The notes beneath the pieces are model-generated. The model had not been told where the DNA came from, did no database searches, and was given only the letters and a program-made list of their open reading frames with translations. 42,244 bases of DNA from assembly GCA_029856155.1 (NCBI GenBank), contig JAHQWL010000043.1, forward strand, positions 1-42,244, written 5' to 3'. This document shows positions 8,464 to 17,783 of this stretch, piece after piece. This DNA comes from Promethearchaeia archaeon (GTDB lineage Archaea; Asgardarchaeota; Lokiarchaeia; Sigyniarchaeales; SOKP01). The position numbers and the translations under genes were made by a program. How positions within the stretch are numbered: position 1 is the first letter of the stretch; every line of letters starts with the position of its first letter.

Positions 8464-10893
8464 TTGAAGCTTGAGGATATTATAATTACGATTTCAGAAG
8501 GCTTTAAAGCCCCAGAATTTAAAGAACTTTTTTCTGAAACTAGATTGTATACTTTTTTAGTAGGAGCAGGAATCTCGATGGATCCTCCATCTTGTGTTCC
8601 TTCTGCAAGAATGTTTGTACATGAGTTGTTTACGTTTTATGCTCCTGAAGAGGAAATTGAGAAGTTATCATCATTAGAATCTTTAAGATATGAATTATTA
8701 GTTGAAAAAGTCCAGAATCTATTCGATAAGGAATTAAATTTCTTGGATTATCTAAGTAAAGTAAAAGAGCCAAATGCTATTCATTTATTTTTAGCAAATA
8801 TGGTAATGCGATATAATTATGTAATTACTACAAATTTTGATTATCTTATCGAATATGCGTTGAAGAAAAAACTCGATGTGTTTCCAACCTTTCATGATTA
8901 TCATAAAAAAGTTATGGTTATTATTACCAAAGAAGATTATCAGAATAAAGTATCTTTCCAGTTCCCAATCATTAAAATCCATGGATCTAAATGGGATGTG
9001 ATAAAAGGACGATCAACTAAAGATTCTTTAATAACTACTATAAGTTCTCTTGGACGTGAAAGGGAAAAAGGTGAAACATTTGCGATTGAACCATATAAAA
9101 AACCATTAATCAATGAAGTTATGAATGGAAGAGACTTAGTTATTATGGGTTATTCAGGGAGTGATGATTTTGATATCAGTCCAATGTTGAAAGAGTTGAG
9201 GAATATGAAAAGATTAATATGGATAGCGCATGATCACAACCTAACTCCAGGAAAAGAAGAGATTTTTAAATATAAATCAGTAGAAGATTTATCAGAATTA
9301 GGATCTTTTGAATTATCTAAATTAGATAAATTGTTACTAGAACTTGCTTCAAATAAAAACATAGAAGTTTACAAAATTAGAGCGATGACTATTGAATTTG
9401 TAAAAGAGCAATTAGCACCAATATTTAAGGAATCTTTTGAGTTACTAAGAAAAGATACTCCAGAGATTTTGAGTTTTGGTGATTATATGAAAAAAAATCA
9501 TTTTGAAGCATCAATTTCTTCTAAATATCGACTTGCTCATGAACTATTTTTTGAATTAGGAGATATAGAATCAGCAGAAAGAACAGCTCAGTTTGGTTTA
9601 GAGGAATCCACAAAAAAAGGTGATGAAATTAATCAAAACTATTTTATAAATGCTTTGGGGATAATTGACCTCTCCAAAGGAGACTATGATAAAGCCTTGG
9701 AATATTTCGAAAAATCTCTCAAATTAGCTGAAAAATTAAATCAAATTGTTGAAAAAATAGCAGTTCTTTTAAATATAGGAAATCTATATCAAAAAAAGAG
9801 TGACCTTAAGAATGCATTTAAATATTCATTTGAAGCCGCTGCTTTACTAAAAGAAGACACTCCAAATTTAATAAGATTTGCTGTTTTGAATAATTTGGGA
9901 ATTTTATATAGAGATAATGGAGATATCCCTAATGCAGTTAAAAATTTAGAATCTGCCCTTGAAATTACTGAAAAAACAGGAGATTTATCAAGAAAATCTT
10001 CATGCTTAAATAGCCTTTCTGGAATGAAAATTTCTCAAGGTCTATTAAACCCCGCTTTAAATTATGCCTCTGAAGCTCTTAAAATTAATGATCAATTAGG
10101 AGATTTAGACAGTATGTGCAATACACTAAATACTATTGGTAATATTTTTAAAACTGCAGGACAATACAGTCAAGCTATGCAATATTTAGAAAGAGCATAT
10201 CAAACAGCAACAAAAATTCAAAACTTGAACGCCAAAGCTCTTACATTAAATTCGATTGGTGTAATTTATTTTAATACGGGAAAACTCGATTTAGCTTTCG
10301 CAAAATATAATGAAAGTTTCAATATCAACAAAGATATAGGTGATTTATCGGGTCAAGCAACTAATTTAAATAATATTGGGATGTATTATCGCGCTAAACG
10401 GGATTTCAATAAGGCTTTTGAATTTTTTGATCAATCTATAACCCTGACTGAAAAAATTGGAGAAAAAACACATTTAGGCCTTCGGTATGGAAATAGAGCT
10501 TCTATATACGAAGCTAAGCGAGAATTTGAAAAAGCATTAGAAGATTATAAGAAAGCATTAAGTATTGAACAATCTCTAAAAAATTTAGAAGGAAGTGCAA
10601 ATCAACTTACTAATATTGGAGGAGTATTAGGGGATTTAGGTAGATATGATGAAACACTAGAAAATTATGAAAAAGCGTTGAATATTATGGAAAATTTAGG
10701 TAATAAACCTGGTATTGCCAGAGCACTAAATAATCTCGGTATAATATATTATAAATACAAGAAAGACCATGAGAAATCTATTGATTTTTTACAACGGGCA
10801 CTTGATATTTATAAAGAATTAAATATTCCTCAGATGATAATGACTACACAAAATAGCATAGATTCAATCAAAAAACAGGTTAATTTAAAGTGA
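8464..10893 (+). CDS. SIR2-like (SIR2_2) domain fused to a long TPR array
   Basis: FLVGAGIS, VITTNFD, KIHGS, MGYSGSD. The C-terminal half has about 10 TPR-like repeats of the LNNIG..Y...G....A...Y..AL type. TTG start. Confidence 0.85.
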   Translation: MKLEDIIITISEGFKAPEFKELFSETRLYTFLVGAGISMDPPSCVPSARMFVHELFTFYAPEEEIEKLSSLESLRYELLVEKVQNLFDKELNFLDYLSKVKEPNAIHLFLANMVMRYNYVITTNFDYLIEYALKKKLDVFPTFHDYHKKVMVIITKEDYQNKVSFQFPIIKIHGSKWDVIKGRSTKDSLITTISSLGREREKGETFAIEPYKKPLINEVMNGRDLVIMGYSGSDDFDISPMLKELRNMKRLIWIAHDHNLTPGKEEIFKYKSVEDLSELGSFELSKLDKLLLELASNKNIEVYKIRAMTIEFVKEQLAPIFKESFELLRKDTPEILSFGDYMKKNHFEASISSKYRLAHELFFELGDIESAERTAQFGLEESTKKGDEINQNYFINALGIIDLSKGDYDKALEYFEKSLKLAEKLNQIVEKIAVLLNIGNLYQKKSDLKNAFKYSFEAAALLKEDTPNLIRFAVLNNLGILYRDNGDIPNAVKNLESALEITEKTGDLSRKSSCLNSLSGMKISQGLLNPALNYASEALKINDQLGDLDSMCNTLNTIGNIFKTAGQYSQAMQYLERAYQTATKIQNLNAKALTLNSIGVIYFNTGKLDLAFAKYNESFNINKDIGDLSGQATNLNNIGMYYRAKRDFNKAFEFFDQSITLTEKIGEKTHLGLRYGNRASIYEAKREFEKALEDYKKALSIEQSLKNLEGSANQLTNIGGVLGDLGRYDETLENYEKALNIMENLGNKPGIARALNNLGIIYYKYKKDHEKSIDFLQRALDIYKELNIPQMIMTTQNSIDSIKKQVNLK

Positions 10894-10943
10894 AAAATGG
10901 AGGAAATTGAAACTTAAGCTATAATATTTATGAAAAAGTAGAA

Positions 10944-11117
10944 TTAAACAATTTTATAGTCATCATCTTCGTCAGGTATTTTCCCTTTTTGGGGATAAAT
11001 CCGATGACGATATTTCTCTTCTTTCGTTAAAATGACACCGTATTCCTTTACTTCAGAATCCTTTGTTTTAGATTTCTTATTCCTCTTTGTTTTCTTTTTA
11101 TTTCTTTGCTTTTTCAT
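10944..11117 (-). CDS. Small Lys-rich basic protein with acidic tail
   Basis: MKKQRNKKKTKRNKKSK...DEDDDYKIV; GGAGG upstream of ATG 11117. Confidence 0.5.
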   Translation of the reverse strand: MKKQRNKKKTKRNKKSKTKDSEVKEYGVILTKEEKYRHRIYPQKGKIPDEDDDYKIV

Positions 11118-11284
11118 ATTTAGTTCCTCCGAATATTTATCCATTTTATAATTAGTTAAAGTATAATTTTACAATATAATTATTGTTTCATCAATTTTAT
11201 GAAGAAACATATAAATTTTCGAGTTGTAATTTGAATAACTCTTGTCAGCACTCTAAATTTTTGTCAAATTTAAATTAAAATTCC

Positions 11285-11316
11285 CTTATAGATTCTTCTA
11301 TAAACTATTCTATAAA
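11285..11316. repeat. Three TCTATAGA-like boxes with 12-bp period
   Basis: CTTATAGA 11285, TCTATAAA 11297, TCTATAAA 11309. Confidence 0.5.
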
Positions 11317-11451
11317 AGGTTATGTAATAATTTATTATCAATCCTATTTGATAGAAAAGACATGAATGGAACGGAGGTTTTACAACCTAAAACTAATGCA
11401 AAGGGTAAAAAGAGTAAAAAGGAAAGTGGAATTCTCATATAGAGAACAATA

Positions 11452-11628
11452 TTAATCTACTTTTTCTAATTGTTCTTCTGGAACTTCTTCAAAATGAATA
11501 TTATATGTTTTCTCAGGATCAATTACCTTATATTGAATGAGTTTTCTTGGAATGATAATTACATAGTCAGGTCCCATTGAAGCTAATTTTTTCTTTTCTA
11601 AGGTAAATATCTTCTTCTCATTTTCCAT
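11452..11628 (-). CDS. 58-aa AbrB/MazE/SpoVT-like (swapped-hairpin) DNA-binding protein
   Basis: Hand translation MENEKKIFTLEKKKLASMGPDYVIIIPRKLIQYKVIDPEKTYNIHFEEVPEEQLEKVD. KL..MG..YVIIIPRKL matches the AbrB-fold pattern. Below the ORF-track cutoff. Confidence 0.6.
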   Translation of the reverse strand: MENEKKIFTLEKKKLASMGPDYVIIIPRKLIQYKVIDPEKTYNIHFEEVPEEQLEKVD

Positions 11629-11671
11629 AATCTAAAACATAAAGAATAGTTTTAATTATTTTTCATTATTT

Positions 11672-11773
11672 TTTATAGACATTCTAAATTTAGAGGAGGA
11701 ATATGTCTCTATAGAATTTCCTATAGATCCCCTAACTAACAACATACTCAAAATCTATATTAAATACTATAGA
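11672..11773. promoter_or_regulatory. Array of TCTATAGA-like palindromic boxes upstream of the AbrB-like gene
   Basis: TTTATAGA 11672, TCTATAGA 11708, CCTATAGA 11720, TCTATATT 11754, ACTATAGA 11766. Confidence 0.5.
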
Positions 11774-11898
11774 AATTAAGGTTATATTTAAATATTTATT
11801 TCTCTTCGATAAATAATTGAATCCATGAAATATGTAAAGAAAATGTCAAGTAGCTAAAAAAAATGTATTTTGATTTGCTAAAATTATCCTATAATTAT

Positions 11899-12675
11899 CT
11901 ATTCTTGACAATTTGGACAGTAGAATCCATGCCTTCCAGAAATTTCATAACGCTCTATTTCATAATCACATATTGGACAACGCTCTTCTTTCTTACGATG
12001 AGGAATAAGAAAATGATCGGGATATGTGCTTAAATCACCTTGTTTATTGATCCCAAATTGTAAGACTTCCTTAATATTAGTAAAAAGTTCTTTAACTTTA
12101 CTTTCATCAATTAAGTCTATTTTAGTCTTAGGATTTATTTTTGACTTGAATAGAATTTCATCAGAGTAAATATTTCCAATACCCGCAATAAAATCTTGAT
12201 TTAATAAAGCATTTTTAATAATCGCATTTCTTCTTTTTAATGCCCCCTTAAATTGCTCAAGACTCATTTTAAAAGCATCTGGTCCTAATTTCTTCTTTTT
12301 AATAAAATCCTCAATAGAGTCAGCAATGTCTATACTTCCAAACATTCTAAGAGAAATATATGCTAAATTAAAATCATTTTTAAAATGAAATACTACTTTA
12401 CTGTATTTAGGCTCATCATCTTTTGTATGATAATATTCTAAATCTCCAGTCATACCAAAGTGCATAATCAAATAATTTTGTCCAAGATTTACTAGAAGAT
12501 ATTTACCATGTCGAGTGGATGACTCAAATTTATGGTTTACAACAGATTTTCTCAGATGAATCTCATCTATATTCAGAACCCTATTATCTATTACATTAAC
12601 TGCTTTAATAATTTGATTCAATGATGTTTTATCAAAATACCTTTTGAAAGTCTCCACTTCGGGAAGTTCTGGCAA
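11899..12675 (-). CDS. mutM: Formamidopyrimidine-DNA glycosylase (Fpg/Nei family)
   Basis: N-terminal PELPEVE, RHGKYL, HFGMTG, H2TH motif IAGIGNIYSDEIL, C-terminal zinc finger CPIC...GRHGFYCPNCQ. Confidence 0.92.
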   Translation of the reverse strand: MPELPEVETFKRYFDKTSLNQIIKAVNVIDNRVLNIDEIHLRKSVVNHKFESSTRHGKYLLVNLGQNYLIMHFGMTGDLEYYHTKDDEPKYSKVVFHFKNDFNLAYISLRMFGSIDIADSIEDFIKKKKLGPDAFKMSLEQFKGALKRRNAIIKNALLNQDFIAGIGNIYSDEILFKSKINPKTKIDLIDESKVKELFTNIKEVLQFGINKQGDLSTYPDHFLIPHRKKEERCPICDYEIERYEISGRHGFYCPNCQE

Positions 12676-13185
12676 TATATTAAATATAATTATTAATGAA
12701 CTTTAAATTTAATTCCTCTATATGACTTGAAAGGCTTTAAAAGAAGAATATGTATATTAGATTAAATGGAATTATTCTCATAAAATTTTCTTCCTATTAT
12801 TTTTAATAAATATTTAATATTTCTTATGTTACAGAGACGATGTTGGTTATTAATAGGTAAATGGTGTAAGATTGAATCGCTATTTTGTTGAGAGGGTGAA
12901 ATGTATTAGAAGACTAACTATAATCTTAATATATATCATTAAGTCTTTAAAATGATAAGATGGTCCATTCTATTTAATAAAAAGTGTATTAAGATTGAAA
13001 TTAGATATAAATTTTAATTGATCGGTAAAAAGTATATAATTTATTATGTATCAACATAAATAATATACTATTTTAAAATAACCATATAACTTTTTTAGGG
13101 GCTTTTTCAATAAACCTAATATAGAAGGAGTTATTATTTAGTAACTTGATTTTTATCATTATAAGAATAGAGAAAATGATTTAAT

Positions 13186-14109
13186 ATGAAACAGAAGAGA
13201 GAGCACGTAAAATGTCCTGTTTGTGATTTTAGGTTTATTCCAGAATCTTTTCATTATGAAAAAACACATTTTGATCAAATAGAATCCCAGGGTGTGCTTA
13301 TAGAATTTCCAAATGGAAAGCATCAGCTTGAGCTTAAGCCATTCACTACAATCCGGGGTTCATATGTAACATATTGCCCTGAATGTGGATATCTGATAAG
13401 ATTTGTCGCGGAAATAGCTAGAAAAGAAGTAGTAGAAGATCCCTCTCTAATAAAAAAACTGGGGGGAATTAAGGAATTTGGGAAGACATATAAATATCAA
13501 TTTGCTTCAATTGAGAAGCCCTATATGGATTATTCAGATTATTTTATCGAAAAAGTAGATAATATCAAACTAAACATTAAGAAAGCTTTAGATGATGTAA
13601 ATTTTGACCATTGGGGAAGTTTCTATAATAAATGGAAAGAGGATAAATCAATTGATTCTTTTAAATTCTTAATACACTTTTACACAACTTTAATTGATTA
13701 TTTAGACTCCCAAGTTGAGGAGCATAATAATAAATCGGTGGCACAAAAAATTGAGGAATTACACTTACCCCAAAACCTTGAAATATTAACAAAAAAAGTA
13801 GGATATTTAAGAAATAAAATAGCTCATGAAGTATATGAACTAACTGAAGAGGAAGAACAGTTGGTAGAGAGTACGTTCACTCAATTCATGAGATATTTAA
13901 TAATAAAGCAATTAACTCCTTTAAATTTAAATAAAATTAGGATTGAACCTGAACACGATTTTATTGATATTAATAAAGTGAACTATGAAATCCAAGATTT
14001 TTTATATATATATTTAGAGAATTTATTACATATCAAAGAGTTTTATACCGTATTCTTAGGACCCTTATTAGAAGATCTTGGAGTTAGCAATCCTGATTAC
14101 AATCCCTAA
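13186..14109 (+). CDS. Zn-ribbon protein with C-terminal HEPN-like helical domain
   Basis: CPVC...CPECG at the N terminus; LRNKIAHE (RxxxxH) within a helical domain. Confidence 0.55.
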   Translation: MKQKREHVKCPVCDFRFIPESFHYEKTHFDQIESQGVLIEFPNGKHQLELKPFTTIRGSYVTYCPECGYLIRFVAEIARKEVVEDPSLIKKLGGIKEFGKTYKYQFASIEKPYMDYSDYFIEKVDNIKLNIKKALDDVNFDHWGSFYNKWKEDKSIDSFKFLIHFYTTLIDYLDSQVEEHNNKSVAQKIEELHLPQNLEILTKKVGYLRNKIAHEVYELTEEEEQLVESTFTQFMRYLIIKQLTPLNLNKIRIEPEHDFIDINKVNYEIQDFLYIYLENLLHIKEFYTVFLGPLLEDLGVSNPDYNP

Positions 14110-14300
14110 TAACTTTTTTTAAAGATAATTGAAAAATATCGCTTAAGATCTCTAAATCTTACGAGAAAAGCTGGGATATTTTCTTTATATTTTTTGAATT
14201 CTTCTCCAAATCTTTGAATTAATTACCTTTCTTTTATAAATTTAAGGTATATGTTTATTCCTATCATAAATATTAAAAAGTAGACAACTGAATACTTTAA
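14106..14300 (-). pseudogene. 3' remnant of an isoprenylcysteine/phospholipid methyltransferase (ICMT/PEMT) family gene
   Basis: Hand translation ...YLKFIKER*LIQRFGEEFKKYKENIPAFL... with an in-frame TAA at 14223-14225. Matches the EE..L...FG.EY..Y...VP C-terminal motif; the N terminus is missing. Confidence 0.5.
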
Positions 14301-14303
14301 ATT

Positions 14304-14335
14304 AAAAAAAAAAATTTAAATTTAGTTTTTTTTTT
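14304..14335. terminator. Poly-A / poly-T tract pair (possible bidirectional terminator)
   Basis: An A12 run and a T9 run separated by tttaaatttag, immediately 3' of the 14334-14510 ORF. Confidence 0.3.
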
Positions 14336-14510
14336 ATTGGTCAGAATACCAGACTAACAAAATTCCAAAAAGAGAAAGAAATAATGCTATAAATATTGTA
14401 AATGTAAACATCTCTGGATTGTTTATAAGAGCCGATATAGGTGTTTGGATTGCAAGGTAAATAAGAAGAATTCCTAAAATTTGGCTTGTATTTAGGTTAT
14501 TATCTTTCAT
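14334..14510 (-). CDS. 58-aa two-TM small membrane protein
   Basis: Hand translation MKDNNLNTSQILGILLIYLAIQTPISALINNPEMFTFTIFIALFLSLFGILLVWYSDQ. Confidence 0.45.
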   Translation of the reverse strand: MKDNNLNTSQILGILLIYLAIQTPISALINNPEMFTFTIFIALFLSLFGILLVWYSDQ

Positions 14511-14708
14511 AATTTTTCATATTTTGTATTTTAATAACTAATTTCACATAGTTATGAAATATTCTTTATATTCTAAAAAATATAAAATTTCATATGAAGG
14601 AAAGCAGATTTTTTTTTGATTAATAAGATTAATTATTTAAAGATGACAATTCAAAATAATAATGAGATTCTTTGATCTATGATATCATAATTTTTTGGAG
14701 GTTTTAAA

Positions 14709-15704
14709 ATGGAATGGAGAATTAAATATATTTTTAATTTTACAGAAGAAATAACTTGGAAAAGTGGTTATGCTCAATTTGGGTTTCATGATTATAAAGG
14801 AAATTTCTATGTTTTGCAGCATGGTAATCATTGGTTTGGACAATTTACTAAGAATAATGAATTTCTTTGGACTGCGGGTTCCACGAATCCTAAATTAAGT
14901 AATAAACACATTCATTTTGATTTAAAAAATCCTAGATACATTTCAAAATCCCCTATAGATGAATCTTTAATAGTATCAAGTGGAGGCAATAATAAAATAT
15001 TCAAGCTATTTCCTGAAGAAGATAAGGTTGATGTGTTTATAGATACTGAAAAATTTGGATTAAAAGATATTGGGAATTGCGTCTTCGATAAGGAAGGTAA
15101 TATATGGATAAACGAAATTACTGGATATAGGATATGGCAATTTGATCCAGAAGGTCAGAAGAAAGTTACATTAGGCAACGGAAAAACTGGTTTTCAAAGT
15201 GAACCAACTAAATTCGAGGATGTACAATTTAATTGGATTTATGATATAAGATTAGGACCAGATGGCAATTTATACATACTTGATAGTCGGAATTATGCAG
15301 TTAGGATGATTGATTTTGAAGAAGAAGTCGTTAATCTAATTGTTGGCACAGGAGAGCCTGGTTATTCTGGTGAAGGTGGATTAGCTAAAAAAGCCAAGCT
15401 TGGTTCCGATCCCAATGAACAGTTTGATGGACCATGGGCAATATCCTTGGATGAAGAAGGAAATATTTTTATTGGTGATACTCATAACCATGTTGTTCGT
15501 ATGGTTGAAAAAAAGAAAAAAAAGTACATTATCTCAACCATAGCAGGAAATCCAGATTATGTACCCTCAAAAAGAAATTCTGTTAATGAGACTAATCCTT
15601 TTAAATTAAATCTTCCTAAGATTTGCAGCATGGATTACTATAATAATGAATTATTTATTCCCGAATGGGATGGAGATCTTATAGTACTTGAAAAGATCGA
15701 ATAA
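14709..15704 (+). CDS. NHL-repeat / beta-propeller protein
   Basis: Repeats FDKEGNIWI, LGPDGNLYILDSRNYAVR, GPWAISLDEEGNIFIGDTHNHVVR, GTGEPGYSGEGG; GGAGG upstream. Confidence 0.8.
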   Translation: MEWRIKYIFNFTEEITWKSGYAQFGFHDYKGNFYVLQHGNHWFGQFTKNNEFLWTAGSTNPKLSNKHIHFDLKNPRYISKSPIDESLIVSSGGNNKIFKLFPEEDKVDVFIDTEKFGLKDIGNCVFDKEGNIWINEITGYRIWQFDPEGQKKVTLGNGKTGFQSEPTKFEDVQFNWIYDIRLGPDGNLYILDSRNYAVRMIDFEEEVVNLIVGTGEPGYSGEGGLAKKAKLGSDPNEQFDGPWAISLDEEGNIFIGDTHNHVVRMVEKKKKKYIISTIAGNPDYVPSKRNSVNETNPFKLNLPKICSMDYYNNELFIPEWDGDLIVLEKIE

Positions 15705-15724
15705 GTATCAAATTTCTTTTTTAA

Positions 15725-15957
15725 ACAGTATTTCAAGATTCAGAACCAGTTGGAATTTTACCAACGAGGGCACCGATTCATCCAAATCCTATTGGTTTGA
15801 CATTAGGTGTGTTAATGAAGGTGAAGACAATGTTCTTTGGGTGAATTATCTTGATGTTTATAATAATACTCCTGTCTTGGATATTAAAGCTTATCCAGAT
15901 TGGGAGCACGGGATTTGCTTTATATTTGAAGATTTTAGAGTTCCAAAATGGTTATAG
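15725..15957 (+). pseudogene. Frameshifted, 5'-truncated TrmO/TsaA (tRNA m6t6A methyltransferase) family remnant
   Basis: Frame 1 reads VGILPTRAPIHPNPIGLTL (about 15749-15805). Frame 2 reads VLWVNYLDVYNNTPVLDIKAY. Both are TrmO signatures, in different frames. Confidence 0.7.
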
Positions 15958-16072
15958 AAAAATATACTAAGTTAAAATATTAATAAAACATAAAGAATTA
16001 TTTAAATAATTATATATTACTACTCGTTTGATCAATTCTAATAGTTAAAATCATGTCAATATAGGTGAAATA

Positions 16073-16921
16073 ATGACGATAGCAAAACTTAAGGATACTG
16101 AATTATATTATGATGAATATGGTTCAGGATTTCCATTTTTAATTATGCATGGTGGCTTAGGAATTGATCATACTTATCTTCATCCCACACTTGATCCTTT
16201 AGGAGATATTTTCAAATTGATTTTTTATGATCATAGAGGACATGGGCGTTCAGGTAGACCACCAATCAATACTATTATCTTTGAAAAACTTGCCGATGAT
16301 GCTAATGAATTACGGAAGATATTAGGATATGATAAATTGGGAGTTATAGGCAATTCTGCTGGTGGGTACGTTGCCTTAAACTACGCAATTCGTCATCCAA
16401 GTCATATAAGTTATCTGATACTTATAGATACTGCTCCTGCATTTGATTATATGGAAGAGTTGATGAAGAATGTACAAAATAAAAATCCAACCCCAGATCT
16501 TATAGAAACTTTAAATGCTCCAGTTGATCCTACTATAGAAGGATTTAGAAATCAATTTAAAATTTTACAACCGTTGTATTTCTACGAATTTACTCCTCAA
16601 GTAGAAGAGATGTGTAATAGGGTGATAGATAAAATGATAGTAAATCCCGAAGTGGCAGCCCTCAATAATATATTAATGCTAAAATATAATGTGATCTCAA
16701 AGCTTTCTAAAATTGAAGTACCTACATTAATTTTAGTGGGAAAAGACGATTTTGTGTGTCCACCTTCACAAGCTCAACGTATGCATGATAGTATTCCCAA
16801 TTCTGAGCTCTATATATTTGAGAAATGTGGTCATTATCCTTTTTATGAGGCGCCAGATGAATTTTTCAGAGTTTTGCATAATTGGTTCAAAAAAGTACAT
16901 CTTGAATTAAAGGGCTATTAA
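16073..16921 (+). CDS. Alpha/beta hydrolase (proline iminopeptidase-like)
   Basis: MHGGLG, YDHRGHGRS, GNSAGG nucleophile, GKDD, CGHYPFYE; GGTGA upstream. Confidence 0.85.
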   Translation: MTIAKLKDTELYYDEYGSGFPFLIMHGGLGIDHTYLHPTLDPLGDIFKLIFYDHRGHGRSGRPPINTIIFEKLADDANELRKILGYDKLGVIGNSAGGYVALNYAIRHPSHISYLILIDTAPAFDYMEELMKNVQNKNPTPDLIETLNAPVDPTIEGFRNQFKILQPLYFYEFTPQVEEMCNRVIDKMIVNPEVAALNNILMLKYNVISKLSKIEVPTLILVGKDDFVCPPSQAQRMHDSIPNSELYIFEKCGHYPFYEAPDEFFRVLHNWFKKVHLELKGY

Positions 16922-17025
16922 CAGTTTTAGAAAAAATATGTGCACTTTTTATACTGTACTTAGATATTTCGAAAATAGATAGTACAACTAGAGATATTTT
17001 TTAATAATATTAGTTTTATAAGGGT

Positions 17026-17661
17026 ATGACCATCGCAAAAGAGTTATTGTATCCCGCTCCCTTTTACAATTTTTTATCATATATTTCCAATTCTAATGTT
17101 AAGGGAAAAATTCTCGATTGTGGTTCAGGTGGACCGTTTCCCAAACAAGCACTTTTTGTACAATTAGGATTTGACATTATTGGTATTGAATTCTCCGAAG
17201 AACGATTAGAACAGGCACAAGATTATGCGAAACAACACAATTTAGAATTGAGTATGCAAATGGGTGATATGCGGTCAATACCATTTAATTTGGACTATTT
17301 TGGGCACGTATACTCCTGGAATACAATATTCCATATGAATAAGAAGGATATTAAAAAAGCTGTAAATGAGATGATTCGTGTTGTAAAACCGGGGGGTCTT
17401 TGTTTTTTAAATTTCATCTCTATAGATTCAGGGTTTTATGGTGAAGGGGAAGAAATTAACCCTGGGGAGTTTATAAAAATTGAAGGCGATGAAAAAGTTA
17501 TACACACTTTTTTTACTGATGAAGAATCTGATAATTTTTTTGAAAACCTAGATATCGAGATAATATTTAAAGAAAAAAGAATCTTGCACAAGAAATTTGA
17601 AGACGGAGAAGTTTTGAATGATAGCTATATTGACTATATTGTTCAAAAGAAAAAAATGTGA
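17026..17661 (+). CDS. Class I SAM-dependent methyltransferase
   Basis: ILDCGSGG, GDMRSIPF, EMIRVVKPGG. Confidence 0.85.
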   Translation: MTIAKELLYPAPFYNFLSYISNSNVKGKILDCGSGGPFPKQALFVQLGFDIIGIEFSEERLEQAQDYAKQHNLELSMQMGDMRSIPFNLDYFGHVYSWNTIFHMNKKDIKKAVNEMIRVVKPGGLCFLNFISIDSGFYGEGEEINPGEFIKIEGDEKVIHTFFTDEESDNFFENLDIEIIFKEKRILHKKFEDGEVLNDSYIDYIVQKKKM

Positions 17662-17783
17662 AAATATAGAATTTTTATTTTAACGAAGTATTTGATCGGA
17701 TGATATGAATGTTATAAACCCATTAATAAAAACCAATTTTAATCAAATAAAATTATACTAATTAAGTCAAAGAGGAGATAAAT

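Noticed and set aside
11362-11442. 26-aa ORF MNGTEVLQPKTNAKGKKSKKESGILI
   Set aside because: Too short and lacks a clear RBS; mentioned only as context
12860-13005. Two GTGTA..AGATTGAA words resembling CRISPR repeat ends
   Set aside because: Only two partial matches about 120 bp apart, no repeat-spacer periodicity and no cas genes
15688-15957. 89-aa ORF as an intact gene
   Set aside because: Only its 3' half is TrmO-like; the upstream motif is in another frame
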